A stretch of DNA of 64,000 nt from an uncultured Chloroflexia bacterium (GTDB taxonomy: Bacteria; Chloroflexota; Limnocylindria; Limnocylindrales; CSP1-4): positions 904,146-968,145 of the forward strand of contig CAWFCG010000001.1 of NCBI GenBank assembly GCA_963814315.1. Direction: 5' to 3'. The notes below the pieces were generated by a model. The model had not been told where the DNA came from. It saw only the letters and a list, made by a program, of their open reading frames with translations, and did not search any database. This document shows positions 51,288 through 61,652 of this stretch, piece after piece (positions within the stretch are counted from its first letter, which is position 1; each line of letters starts with the position of its first letter). The position numbers were made by a program, and so were the translations under genes.

Positions 51288-54200
51288 ATGATGGATTTCC
51301 GTATCGCCCGTCCGGCCCGAGATCGCTACGGCTTCGACGAGAGCCTCTCCTTCAGCGATGGCGATGCCATCACCTTCGATGTCTCGCGTGCGTTGCCGTT
51401 GGCAGAGCGCTTCGTGCCTCCCGACTCCGATCGCGATCGAGTCGCGTCGGAGATCGCGGCCATCGGCCTCATGCAGGAGTTGGCTCATCGTGCCGTGGCT
51501 GTCGAACGGCGCGCTGATCCCGCTGCCGGTGGCCCATTGGCGCGTGGGCTCGATGTGCTCGACTCGCGCTTCGAGCCGACCGGCGTGGATGCCGGGCTGA
51601 CGATGTACGAGCGCACCTTCCCGACGCTCCCGGTGTATCGCGACGAGGTCGAGGTCGGCGAGTGGATCGCCCGCGACAAGGGTGATGTGCCGGGCCGTGA
51701 AGCAGCGCTGGAGGACCTCTTGCTCACCGGGATCGCGGCCCAGAACCCAGCCGCTGCCGCCTACCGCGAGCTGATCTCGGACCCGTCGCTGTCGGAGATA
51801 GCGCAGCGTCGACTGCTCGACGGGCTGGCCGGAGACGCCCTCGATCAGGATGACCCCGACCTCCTACGGCGGGCGCCCGCGCGCACACTGGTGCAGCGCT
51901 TGCTGGAGCCGATCAAGGCCGCGCCGCAGTCGCTGGCTGCGCAACTGCGATGGGTCCGCATCCACTGGGCGGGCTGGCTCGACGATGCCGACCTGCTGCA
52001 GATCGATCGCCAGCTGGGCGCCCTTGATGATATCGAGCGCGCCGCCTGGCTGCGAGCGCAGCGCGAACCTGGTGACGGTGGCCACGCCGAGTCAGCGGCC
52101 CTCGCCGGCTTCGGCGCCTTCGACGATGAGCCCGAGGCGTTCAGCACCGATCGCGACTGGATGGCGGAGCTGGTATTGGTGGCCAAGTCGACCTACGTCT
52201 GGCTCGCCCAGCTGTCGCGCCAATACGGCCGGGCCATCGACCGCCTGGACCAGGTCCCCAACGAGGAGCTGGAAGAGTTGCGGGCTCGTGGCTTCACGGG
52301 GCTCTGGATGATCGGCCTGTGGGAGCGCAGCCATGCGTCGCGGCGCATCAAACAGATGCGCGGCAACCCGGATGCGATGGCATCGGCCTACTCGGTCGCC
52401 GACTATCGCATCGCCGACGACCTGGGTGGTGATGCTGCCTGGTATGACCTACGGGAACGAGCCGCCGCCCGGGGTGTCCGATTGGCTGCGGACATGGTTC
52501 CCAACCACATGGGCATCGATTCGACGTGGGTGGTAGAACACCCCGAGCGCTTCGTCTCATCACCCTATCCGCCGTTCGGGTCGTACTCGTTCACCGGCGA
52601 GGACCTTTCGTCAGATGAGCGGGTAGTGATCCAACTGGAAGACCACTACTGGGATTCCTCGGATGCGGCTGTCGTGTTCAAGCGCATCGACAAGGCCAGC
52701 GGCGACGAGCGCTACATCTACCACGGCAACGATGGCACCAGCTTCCCCTGGAACGACACGGCCCAGCTCGACTATCTTGCTGCCGGGACCCGCGAGGCCG
52801 TCATCGGCCAGATCCTGGAGGTGGCTCGCCGCTTCTCAGTGATTCGCTTCGACGCCGCCATGGTGCTGGCGCGTCGCCACATCCAGCGCCTGTGGTACCC
52901 GCAACCGGGCCACGAAGCGGGCATCCCCGGGCGCTCGGCGGCGGCTGTCCCCGCGGCTGAGCTGCGCCGCTTGATGCCCCAGGAGTTCTGGCGTGAGGTG
53001 GTCGACCGCGTCGCCGCAGAGGTGCCTGACACCCTGCTGCTGGCCGAGGCGTTCTGGCTGATGGAGGGCTATTTCGTTCGCACGCTCGGCATGCACCGGG
53101 TCTACAACAGCGCCTTCATGCACATGCTTCGCGATGAGAAGAACGCCGAGTATCAGGGTGTCATCCGCGAGACAGTCTCGTTCGATGCACGCATCCTGGG
53201 TCGCTATGTCAACTTCATGAACAACCCTGACGAGCGCTCCGCCGTCGATCAGTTCGGTAGCGGTGATAAGTACTTTGGCGTGGCCACTCTGCTGGCGACC
53301 TTGCCCGGATTGCCCATGTTCGGCCACGGCCAGTTCGAGGGCTACAGCGAGCAATATGGCATGGAGTTCCGACGACCGCAGCGCGACGAATGGCCTGACG
53401 ATGGGCTGCTGGAGCGGCACCGGCACCAGATCAGTCCGCTGTTGCATCAGCGCTGGCGCTTCTCGGGCGCGTCGGGGTTCCGTCAGCTCGCAGCCCTCGA
53501 AGGCAGCGGCGCGAACGCCGACGTGTTCGCCTATGCGAACGTGGCGGAGAGCGGGCCACCCGATGCCGCCGAACGTCGCTCGCTGGTGGTCTATCTCAAC
53601 CGTTACCCACGGGCGCATGTGCGGATCCCCGGCGTGGCGGAGGCGCTGCATTTGGATGACGATCCCGATGGTTTCGTCATCCTTCGCGACCATCGCAGCG
53701 GGCTTGAGTTCTTGCGGCGCCAGCGTGACTTGCGTGAGCACGGCCTGGAGCTCGGGCTCGATGGCTACGGCTGTTACGTCTTCCTGGCCTTCGAGCAGGT
53801 CACCGATACGGCCGAAACCGGCTGGGCCGAGCTGGCCGCTCGGGTGGGGCTCGATGGTATGCCGGATGCGCACCTGGCTCTACGTCGGATGCGTGATGAG
53901 CCGATCCGGGATGCGGTCGCGGCCGTCTTCGCCACGCGTGTCGCCGAGCATGCTTTCCTGCCGCGTGTGGGCGCCGATCCGGAGACGGAGGCCGGTGCCG
54001 ATGCCGCTCGGGCGAGTCTGTCGGACGCGCTGGAGCGGGTAGCAACTATCGCCGGCCGTCGTGAGGATACGGTTAGCATCGCTCATGAGACGTCCCGATT
54101 GGCGACAGCCGTGCGCTCGGTGCGCCCGCGCCTCCTGTCGCAAGGCATCGCCGCCTGGGTCATCTTCGATGCCATATCCGAGGTGGCCTGCGATGGTGAC

Positions 54201-54638
54201 CCGGTGCGTGCCACCTCTGCGTTCGATGATTGGGGAGCCGCTGCGGCAGCGGGCGACAGGGCGCGTCGTGCCGGGAGTGGTGACGCACAAGCATGGCGCG
54301 CGGTCGAGTTGGCACGAGCCTTGCTGGCGATCGGTCCGGGCGCCTTGCTGACAGCCGCGGACGTGGACGCGCTGCCCCAAGCGTGGTTCGAGTCGCGGGC
54401 AGTGCGTGCCGCCACTGGCTGGAATGAATGGCAGGGGCAAACCTACCTGTCCCAGGAGGCGTGGGATGAGTTCATCGACGCACTCTCCGAGCGGGACGAT
54501 CTGCTGGGCAAGCCCAGTGCCATCGACGCCGCGGCTGAGCTGCGACGGCGGGCAGCAGCAGCCGGTTACCGGCTGGGTGGGACCGACACAGTCCCACATC
54601 CTCCGTCTGACCAGGTCACGCCGGCCGCCGACGCGTGA
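51288..54638 (+). CDS. Large GH13 alpha-amylase-family protein
   Basis: DMVPNH, RFDAAM (nucleophile), LAEAFW (acid/base), FMNNPDE, LPGLPM. Confidence 0.85.
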   Translation: MMDFRIARPARDRYGFDESLSFSDGDAITFDVSRALPLAERFVPPDSDRDRVASEIAAIGLMQELAHRAVAVERRADPAAGGPLARGLDVLDSRFEPTGVDAGLTMYERTFPTLPVYRDEVEVGEWIARDKGDVPGREAALEDLLLTGIAAQNPAAAAYRELISDPSLSEIAQRRLLDGLAGDALDQDDPDLLRRAPARTLVQRLLEPIKAAPQSLAAQLRWVRIHWAGWLDDADLLQIDRQLGALDDIERAAWLRAQREPGDGGHAESAALAGFGAFDDEPEAFSTDRDWMAELVLVAKSTYVWLAQLSRQYGRAIDRLDQVPNEELEELRARGFTGLWMIGLWERSHASRRIKQMRGNPDAMASAYSVADYRIADDLGGDAAWYDLRERAAARGVRLAADMVPNHMGIDSTWVVEHPERFVSSPYPPFGSYSFTGEDLSSDERVVIQLEDHYWDSSDAAVVFKRIDKASGDERYIYHGNDGTSFPWNDTAQLDYLAAGTREAVIGQILEVARRFSVIRFDAAMVLARRHIQRLWYPQPGHEAGIPGRSAAAVPAAELRRLMPQEFWREVVDRVAAEVPDTLLLAEAFWLMEGYFVRTLGMHRVYNSAFMHMLRDEKNAEYQGVIRETVSFDARILGRYVNFMNNPDERSAVDQFGSGDKYFGVATLLATLPGLPMFGHGQFEGYSEQYGMEFRRPQRDEWPDDGLLERHRHQISPLLHQRWRFSGASGFRQLAALEGSGANADVFAYANVAESGPPDAAERRSLVVYLNRYPRAHVRIPGVAEALHLDDDPDGFVILRDHRSGLEFLRRQRDLREHGLELGLDGYGCYVFLAFEQVTDTAETGWAELAARVGLDGMPDAHLALRRMRDEPIRDAVAAVFATRVAEHAFLPRVGADPETEAGADAARASLSDALERVATIAGRREDTVSIAHETSRLATAVRSVRPRLLSQGIAAWVIFDAISEVACDGDPVRATSAFDDWGAAAAAGDRARRAGSGDAQAWRAVELARALLAIGPGALLTAADVDALPQAWFESRAVRAATGWNEWQGQTYLSQEAWDEFIDALSERDDLLGKPSAIDAAAELRRRAAAAGYRLGGTDTVPHPPSDQVTPAADA

Positions 54639-55357
54639 GTGACGATCGCCTCGGCGATCTGGTCGCGGACATCACCATCTGTCGCCGCTGCCCGCGACTG
54701 GTGGCATGGCGCGAGGAGGTGGCACGCACCAAGGTATCGCGCTATCGCGACGAGGTCTACTGGGGGCGGCCCGTCCCCGGATTCGGCGATCCGACGGCTC
54801 GGCTGCTGCTCGTGGGGCTCGCCCCCGCGGCGCATGGAGGCAACCGATCCGGCCGCGTCTTCACCGGTGATAGCCGAGGCGTCTCCGGCGAGATGCTCTT
54901 CGAGGCGCTGTACCACACAGGCTACTCGCCTGGACCGCGTTCGGTGAGTGCGGCCGATGGACTCGTGCTGGACGATGCCTACATCACTGCCGTCAACCGC
55001 TGCGCGCCGCCGGCCAACAAGCCCACCCCGGCCGAGCGCGACGCCTGCCTGCCATTCCTCGTCCGTGAGTTGCGCCTGCTGCCGAGTGTCAGCGTCATCC
55101 TGGCGCTCGGCGGATACGCATGGGACGCGGTCCTGCGGGCGCTGACAGCGGAGGGGCACACGACCGTACCCAAGCCGCCCTTCGGGCATGCTGCGCGGGT
55201 CGCGGTCGGTCCCTACACGCTGCTGGGCAGCTACCACCCCAGCCAGCAGAACACCTTCACCGGTCGGGTGACGCGGTCGATGATCGAGGACATGCTCAGG
55301 ACCGCCCGCGCCGCCACGGAGATCTCCGGCTCGGCTGACCGGGGGCCTGCCCGGTGA
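54635..55357 (+). CDS. udgB: Uracil-DNA glycosylase family 5 (UdgB-like, Fe-S)
   Basis: CRRCPRL, GLAPAAHGGNRSGRVFTGD, RCAPPANKP..C, YHPSQQN. Confidence 0.92.
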   Translation: MSDDRLGDLVADITICRRCPRLVAWREEVARTKVSRYRDEVYWGRPVPGFGDPTARLLLVGLAPAAHGGNRSGRVFTGDSRGVSGEMLFEALYHTGYSPGPRSVSAADGLVLDDAYITAVNRCAPPANKPTPAERDACLPFLVRELRLLPSVSVILALGGYAWDAVLRALTAEGHTTVPKPPFGHAARVAVGPYTLLGSYHPSQQNTFTGRVTRSMIEDMLRTARAATEISGSADRGPAR

Positions 55358-55471
55358 CCGGCGCTTGCAATTCTCATACCTTGGCGCTATACCTTTCTCC
55401 GGCCGGGAAACGGGAGGGTGACATGTCCCTCGGGGGGCTCGGTCGAGGCAGTTGAGGAGAACAGTCCACCC

Positions 55472-56749
55472 GTGAGAACGCGCTATGTATCTGTTGTCGC
55501 GACAGCGACACTTCTGCTGGTATCACAGGGCATGTCGGCGGCAGCACAGGATCCGACGATCGAGGTCGTCGCGCAAGGCCTGAATACGCCGCGAGGCGTC
55601 GCCGTCGCGGACGACGGCAGCCTGTGGGTCGCCGAGGCCGGCTCGGGCGGTGACACGTGCAACGGCGACGGACTTTGCTACGGGACCACCGGAGACATCC
55701 TGCACATCACCGACGGCTCGGTCCAGAAGGTGCTCGACGGACTCATCTCGGCCGGTGCCGCCGACGATCAGGAGATCGGCGGTGTCTCGGATGTCGCGCC
55801 GATCGGCGATGGCGCCTTCTACTTCATCATGAACCTGGGCGGGGATCCGGCCGCTCGTGAGGGCTACCCGCCTGAGCTGGCTTCGGCCGGCTGGTTGATG
55901 CGTGGCTCCAGCGATGGCTCCAGCGAAGCGGTCGCGGACGTTGCCGCCTTCGAGCTCAGTGACGATCCCGATGCCGAATTCACCGGCGCCGTCCCGGATT
56001 CCAACCCCTACTCGATCGCAGTCACCGACGGTGGCGTGATCGTGGCCGATGCCGGCGGCAACGACCTGCTCATGGTCGATGATGCCGGCACCGTATCGCT
56101 GGTCGCGATGTTCCCGCCCACGATGCACGAGTTCCCCGCCGAGATGCTCGCCGCCATGGGTCCGCCTGAAGGCGAGGGCGGCGAGGCCGCAGGTGACGGC
56201 GATGCCGCCGCAGAAAGCGAAGCACCTGCCGATGGGGCCGTCGCCGCAAGCGATGCTCCGGCGTCCAGCTCGGCGCCGGCCGGTGATGCAGGCGCTGCCG
56301 GGGCCGGCGAGATGGTCCCGATCCCCGTCCAGGCCGTGCCGACAGCGGTCGTCGTGGGGCCTGATGGCGCCTACTACGTCGGCGAGCTCACGGGTGGACC
56401 GTTCCCGGTCGGCGGTGCCTCGGTCTACCGGGTCGTGCCCGGCGAAGCGCCGACGACATACGCCACCGGCTTCACCAACATCATCGACATCGGGTTCGGA
56501 CCTGACGGCACGCTGTACGTGGCCGAGATCGTGCACGACGGCCTGATGGGCGTGTTCGGCGCCGGTGCGCCACCCATCGGCGCCGTCCTGGCCGTCGCTC
56601 CGGGTGGTGGCGATGCCACCATGGTGGCCAGCGGCGAGCAGCTGATGGCTCCTGGTGGCCTCGCAGTAGGCGACGACGGCAGCATCTACGTGTCCACCGG
56701 CACCATCATGGGTCCGGGCGCCGGCGCCATCGTCAAGATCACGCCGTAG
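55472..56749 (+). CDS. Secreted ScyD/ScyE-family beta-propeller protein
   Basis: Signal peptide, GLNTPRG, VAEAG, SNPY, DAGGNDL, QAVPT..GPDGAYYVGELTG.PF. Confidence 0.85.
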   Translation: MRTRYVSVVATATLLLVSQGMSAAAQDPTIEVVAQGLNTPRGVAVADDGSLWVAEAGSGGDTCNGDGLCYGTTGDILHITDGSVQKVLDGLISAGAADDQEIGGVSDVAPIGDGAFYFIMNLGGDPAAREGYPPELASAGWLMRGSSDGSSEAVADVAAFELSDDPDAEFTGAVPDSNPYSIAVTDGGVIVADAGGNDLLMVDDAGTVSLVAMFPPTMHEFPAEMLAAMGPPEGEGGEAAGDGDAAAESEAPADGAVAASDAPASSSAPAGDAGAAGAGEMVPIPVQAVPTAVVVGPDGAYYVGELTGGPFPVGGASVYRVVPGEAPTTYATGFTNIIDIGFGPDGTLYVAEIVHDGLMGVFGAGAPPIGAVLAVAPGGGDATMVASGEQLMAPGGLAVGDDGSIYVSTGTIMGPGAGAIVKITP

Positions 56750-56799
56750 CCAAGGCTCCCACGCAAAGGGGTCGTCTCCAGCGGGGGCGACTCCGGACA

Positions 56800-56837
56800 G
56801 AGGCGGCTCGTCGGTCGGCGGGCCGCCTCCTTCTTTC
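56800..56837 (+). terminator. Probable intrinsic terminator after the ScyD/E gene
   Basis: GAGGCGGCTCGTC-GGTC-GGCGGGCCGCCTC followed by CTTCTTTC. Confidence 0.5.
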
Positions 56838-56881
56838 CCGGTCCGTGTCGTGCCCGCCTATACCCGTACACTCGGAGCCCG

Positions 56882-58231
56882 ATGCACCGAGTCCGACCGA
56901 TCATGGGGTTGCTGCAGCGCAACCCCGACTTCGCACGCTTGTACCTGGCCCTGTTGGTCGCTTTCGCGGCCGACTGGTTCGCCACGGTCGCGCTGATCGA
57001 CCTGGTCCTGGACACGACCGGCTCCACTGCCGCCGCATCGGTCATCCTGGTGCTGCAGATGGCGCCATTCCTGGTGGCCACCCCGATCGCTGGCATGCTG
57101 GCGGACCGCTTCGACCGACGCATCATGCTGGCCGGCGCCAACATCGGGCGCGGCATCGTCTGCGTCGGCCTGCTCTTCGCGGTCGACGCCGACACGGTCT
57201 GGATCGCCTTCGCGGTCGTGGCGCTGCTGGCCTTCGGGGCGGCCTTCTTCGAGCCGACCGTCTCCGCATCACTGCCCAACCTGGTCGATCGTGCCGACCT
57301 GCCCACCGCCAACGCGCTCATCGGCTCGGCCTGGGGGACGATGGTGGCCTTCGGCGCGGCGCTCGGTGGCATCGTGGCGGCCACCGTCGGGCGCGAGGTG
57401 ACCTTCCTGATGTACCCGTTGCTGTTCTTCGTCTCGGGTTCCCTGGTGTGGTCCGTCAAACGGTCCATGCGCGAGCCCGACTACGTGCCGGAGGACGCGC
57501 CCCACGGACTTGGCGGCCTGGTTTCCACCGTGACCGAGACGCTGTCCCTGGCTCGCCGTGATCACGGCGTGGCCGCCTTGTTGCTGACCAAGCCCACGTT
57601 CGGGGTCGCGACCGGCATCGTCCACATGCTGGCCATCACCAGCGACGACATCTGGGGCGCCGGACAACTTGGTGTGGGCCTCCTGTTCGCGGCACGCGGA
57701 TTGGGTTCATTGGTGGGGCCGTTCGCGGCCCGCCGCTTCGCCACCGACGACCGCACGCTGCTGCTGCGGGGCATCGGCCTGACGTTCTTCGTGTACCTGT
57801 TGGGATACGCCCTGCTGCCGCTGTCGCCGGTCATCTGGGTCGCCGCGGTCTTCGTCCTCATCGGCCATCTCGGCAGCGGTGCGCAGTGGACGCTCTCGTC
57901 GTTTGGCTTGCAACGAGCCACGCCTGACCGGGTGCGCGGCCGCGTCTTCGCCGTCGACTTCGGGTTGGCGCTGGCGGTCTCGTCGCTGTCTACGCTCGCT
58001 GCGGGAGCAATGGCGAGCGTCATCGGGCCCTTGCCCACGTTGTACGTGATGCTCGGCGCCATGGCCGCCACGGTGGCGGTGTGGTTCTGGTGGACCCGAC
58101 CGATCAGGCGGGCGCCGGGGACGCTGTCGCTATTCGTGGCCGTGAGCTTGGCGCCGGGGACGACCGATGCGTCGCCCGCCGAGTCCGTCGATGCGCCGAC
58201 GCCCCATGCCACGCCCGAACCACCGATGTGA
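56882..58231 (+). CDS. MFS transporter (MFS_3/DHA3-like)
   Basis: GMLADRFDRR motif A, about 12 TM helices, PD.VRGRVF. Confidence 0.9.
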   Translation: MHRVRPIMGLLQRNPDFARLYLALLVAFAADWFATVALIDLVLDTTGSTAAASVILVLQMAPFLVATPIAGMLADRFDRRIMLAGANIGRGIVCVGLLFAVDADTVWIAFAVVALLAFGAAFFEPTVSASLPNLVDRADLPTANALIGSAWGTMVAFGAALGGIVAATVGREVTFLMYPLLFFVSGSLVWSVKRSMREPDYVPEDAPHGLGGLVSTVTETLSLARRDHGVAALLLTKPTFGVATGIVHMLAITSDDIWGAGQLGVGLLFAARGLGSLVGPFAARRFATDDRTLLLRGIGLTFFVYLLGYALLPLSPVIWVAAVFVLIGHLGSGAQWTLSSFGLQRATPDRVRGRVFAVDFGLALAVSSLSTLAAGAMASVIGPLPTLYVMLGAMAATVAVWFWWTRPIRRAPGTLSLFVAVSLAPGTTDASPAESVDAPTPHATPEPPM

Positions 58232-58566
58232 CGGCCACTCACTGCCCGTGCGAGGGAGAGCTGTTCCGGCGCGGGCAGGCCGGTGGCCGTCGGGTTCCCG
58301 CCGAGCGGGACAACGCCCCGCGCGTGGTGGCCGTCCGACGGATCAATCCCGCGGCGCGGGCAGGAGTGTCACGTCATCCCGCTGCATGGGATGAAGCTGC
58401 TCCCGTTGGCTTGCCGCCGGTCGCGTTCTCCCGTTCAGCGGGAAGTGGGAAGACGCAGTCCCGCCGCCACACGCCGGGGCAGTCCCGCCGCCCCACGCGG
58501 CGACCGAGCCGCCGATGTGATGGCCGCTGGCACCGGACTACGAGCGAGCCGCTCCTGTCTGCCCGG

Positions 58567-59400
58567 CTACGCTGCTATGTCGCGCCGCTTGAAGAGATAC
58601 ACGCCCGCCACCAATGGGAGGACGGCCAGCATCGCCAGCAGGGCTGCCGAGCCCCAGTCGACGCCGCTCCCCAGGGGGTCCGTCCCGATGTAGTGGTGCC
58701 AGGGGGACAGCCAGGCAAGCTCGGAGATGGCATCGGCCATAGGCACGAAGCTCGACCAGGCATACATGGCGATGGCCACCAACATGGCCACCAGGATCGC
58801 CAGCACACCGCGGCCACTGACGATGGAGACGACCATCGAGACGCCCCCCACGAGGATCGCCAGCAGTGAAAGCATCAGGCTGATGGCGACGACGTTGGCG
58901 GCGCTGACGTCGATGCCGCTGACCGCGACGCCGATCCATACCAGCAGGCCGACCAGTCCGGCTGCCACGATGACGTGGATGACCATGGCGAGGACCTTGT
59001 CAGTGGCCAGACGAGTCCGCCGCGTGGGCGTCGACAGCACCAGGCCGATGGTCTCGTTCTCCATCTCACCACCGAATGCCCGCGCCGCCGAGGAGGCCGC
59101 CACGAACATCACCGTGAAGGGCACCACGATGGAGTACATCTCACCGGTCAGGTAGCCTGAAGCGGTGGCCATGTCGGCGCCGCCCGCGATGGCCATGATG
59201 GACTCGGGGAACTGCGACAGCATCTCGGTGAGGATGTCCTCAAGGGCAAGGTACATGGGTCCCATGAGCATGCCCATGGCGCCCACGCCGATGCCGACGA
59301 TGAGTGTCAGCAGCAACCGGTCGCTGATGGCCTTGGTGAGGCTGCTCGAAAGGGCCAGCCGCTGGTAGCGGCGTACGCCGGGGAGGGAAGTGGTCGTCAT
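58567..59400 (-). CDS. ABC-2 type exporter permease
   Basis: GEMENETIGLVLSTP..R..K, LSPWHHY, FKRRDI. Confidence 0.87.
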   Translation of the reverse strand: MTTTSLPGVRRYQRLALSSSLTKAISDRLLLTLIVGIGVGAMGMLMGPMYLALEDILTEMLSQFPESIMAIAGGADMATASGYLTGEMYSIVVPFTVMFVAASSAARAFGGEMENETIGLVLSTPTRRTRLATDKVLAMVIHVIVAAGLVGLLVWIGVAVSGIDVSAANVVAISLMLSLLAILVGGVSMVVSIVSGRGVLAILVAMLVAIAMYAWSSFVPMADAISELAWLSPWHHYIGTDPLGSGVDWGSAALLAMLAVLPLVAGVYLFKRRDIAA

Positions 59401-59404
59401 CGTG

Positions 59405-60205
59405 CTATCCCTTCAGGTCTCGACGCTCGAGCGTGTACAGGCCCAGCCCGAGCAGCCCGGCCGCCAGGGCGACCGCGACGCCCAGCAGCACCACGTCGAC
59501 CCCCTTGGTCAATGAGTCGGCCCCGCTGAACAAGTACCAAGGCGTCAGCTTGGCGACATCGGCCAGTTCCTTGATCACCGGCAGCAACGTGGTCACGAAG
59601 TACGACAGCACGGCTAGGCCAGCTGCGACGCCGACCCCCAGCGCCGATGAGCCCCGCCAGGCGGAGAGACCCAGCGCCAGGGCGCCAAAGAGCAGGACCA
59701 TGCCTAACAGTTGGATGCTGGCTCCGAGCACGTCTTGCTCGGAGAGGTCCATGCCCACGAGCGCTGCCGTGCCCACGACGCCCAACCAGGTCAGGACGAC
59801 GATGGTGATCGTGCCGATGCCAGCGACGGCGGCCTTGGCCAGCAGGACGGTGCGCCGGCGCAGGGGACTCGCGAGCAGGATGGGCAGGCTGCGCGCCTCT
59901 TCCTCGCCGACCGCGGCACTGGATCCCAGGCCGATAGCATAGGTCAGCAGCACCAGCGGTCCGATGAGGTTGTAGACACCGCTCATGGCCAGCCCCGCAG
60001 GCGTGCCATCGTTGCTGCCGTAGATGTTGGCAATGGCATCGGGCATGTCGGATAACAACGTCATGTAGGCATCACCCGACGAGGCCATGATGGCGATGTA
60101 CATGGCGGCGATGAGCCACATCGCGATGACCGCGATGATGGTCCACACCAGCCAGTCTCGGACCGTCTTGGCGAAGACGCTCCCGAGCAGCCGGTTACGC
60201 AGCAT
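59405..60205 (-). CDS. ABC-2 type exporter permease
   Basis: GEEEARSL..LLASP.RR..K, LTPWY, ERRDL; ATG at 60205. Confidence 0.87.
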   Translation of the reverse strand: MLRNRLLGSVFAKTVRDWLVWTIIAVIAMWLIAAMYIAIMASSGDAYMTLLSDMPDAIANIYGSNDGTPAGLAMSGVYNLIGPLVLLTYAIGLGSSAAVGEEEARSLPILLASPLRRRTVLLAKAAVAGIGTITIVVLTWLGVVGTAALVGMDLSEQDVLGASIQLLGMVLLFGALALGLSAWRGSSALGVGVAAGLAVLSYFVTTLLPVIKELADVAKLTPWYLFSGADSLTKGVDVVLLGVAVALAAGLLGLGLYTLERRDLKG

Positions 60206-61112
60206 CGTCGCCGTTCCCGTGGTAGTAGGCCAGGAAGATCTGCTCAAGGTCGGCTTCGCGGGTATTGATGTTGACGACGTCATGTTCGAGCGCGCGGCGC
60301 AGCAGCTCGTTGACCGAGCCCTCGAAAGAGACGACCACGGTATGGCCGCGCGTCTCAGCCGAGTGAACGCCCTGGATGGCCTCGAAGTCGGCCGCCTCGA
60401 CCGGCGCCCCGAACTCCAGGTCGATGCGCCGGATGGCCTTGCGCTTGAGTGCATCGACACGCTCGACCACGACCAGTCGGCCGTTGCGGAGGATGCCGAC
60501 GCGGTCGGCCACGCGTTCGACCTCAGCCAGGCTGTGGCTGGAGAGGAAGACCGTCCGCCCGTCGGCTCGGACCTCTCGGATCATGGCCTGCAGCTCCTGC
60601 TGCATGAGTGGGTCGAGGCCGGTGCTGGGCTCATCGAGGATGACCAGCTCGGCCTTGTTCATGAAGGCCTGGATGAGGCCCACCTTCTGCTTGTTGCCGG
60701 TGGAGAGATCGCCGACCTTGCGGGTCAGGTCCACCTCCAGCCGCTCGCCCAGCGAGGCCACATAGGCCTGCTCGACGCCGCCACGGAGGTTGGCCAGGTA
60801 GGTGATGTTCTCGGCGCCGGTGAGCTTGGGGTAGAGCGAGTACTCCGAGGGCATGTAAGCGATACGGCTGCGCACCTCCACCGCGTGGGTGGCCACGTCG
60901 AGTCCCAGCACGCTGGCTCGGCCCGCGGTCGGGAAGATGAAGTGGAGCAAGCTGCGAATGGTCGTGGTCTTGCCGGCGCCGTTGGGTCCCAGGAAGCCGA
61001 AGACCTCCCCACGCTGCACTTCCAGGTCCAGCTCGACCAGCGCCTTGACGTCCTTGTAGTGCTTGGTCAACCCCTCGGTCCTGATGGGCAGCGCGTCTTC
61101 GATGCTGGTCAT
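60195..61112 (-). CDS. ABC-2 exporter ATP-binding protein
   Basis: GPNGAGKT, LSTGNKQK, DEPSTGLDP, SSH; ATG at 61112. Confidence 0.93.
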   Translation of the reverse strand: MTSIEDALPIRTEGLTKHYKDVKALVELDLEVQRGEVFGFLGPNGAGKTTTIRSLLHFIFPTAGRASVLGLDVATHAVEVRSRIAYMPSEYSLYPKLTGAENITYLANLRGGVEQAYVASLGERLEVDLTRKVGDLSTGNKQKVGLIQAFMNKAELVILDEPSTGLDPLMQQELQAMIREVRADGRTVFLSSHSLAEVERVADRVGILRNGRLVVVERVDALKRKAIRRIDLEFGAPVEAADFEAIQGVHSAETRGHTVVVSFEGSVNELLRRALEHDVVNINTREADLEQIFLAYYHGNGDDAA

Positions 61113-61585
61113 GCGTCCTCTCGTTTCGCGTCCTTGTACTGCTCCCAACGGTCGGCAAGTCTCGGTAGTTCCTCCAGCCAGAAGTCGGCGAAGGCGATCA
61201 TCTCGTCGAGCCCGCCGCCTCGTGGGAGCCCTCCGAGCCGGATGACCTGCCTGCCCATGCCCGCCAGTTGACCGAAACCCTTCAGCTTGGCCTCGGCCAT
61301 GGCGATCCAGAAGTCCGCGCGCAGGCGGTAATAGGTCTTGCGGTCGCCCACACGGTGACGCTGTTCGACGGCATCCAACTGCACCAGCAACCGAGCACTG
61401 GCGCTGACCGAGGCCGGACTCAGGCCGGCGTTGGCGATGATCTCGCCGGCCGACTGCTCTGCCGGATCGCAGACCAGCAGGTAGCCGAACATCTGGCCGG
61501 CGGCGCGCGGCACACCGAGCGACGCGAACCACGTACCCATTTGCTCCATAAGCATGTCGATAGCGGGACTCTCTTGGTCTGACAT
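61109..61585 (-). CDS. GbsR/MarR-family transcriptional regulator
   Basis: GVPRAAGQMFGYLLV, wHTH SPASVS, GDRKTYY. Confidence 0.85.
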   Translation of the reverse strand: MSDQESPAIDMLMEQMGTWFASLGVPRAAGQMFGYLLVCDPAEQSAGEIIANAGLSPASVSASARLLVQLDAVEQRHRVGDRKTYYRLRADFWIAMAEAKLKGFGQLAGMGRQVIRLGGLPRGGGLDEMIAFADFWLEELPRLADRWEQYKDAKREDA

Positions 61586-61601
61586 TTCAGTATGTTCCGA
61601 A
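61586..61601. promoter_or_regulatory. Candidate autoregulatory operator (imperfect palindrome) abutting the regulator start codon
   Basis: TTCAG-N6-CCGAA in an AT-rich patch. Confidence 0.35.
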
Positions 61602-61652
61602 TGTTCTATTCATACGGATAGTACAGTAGCACGCCTGTCGAGGCCTCTGGGC

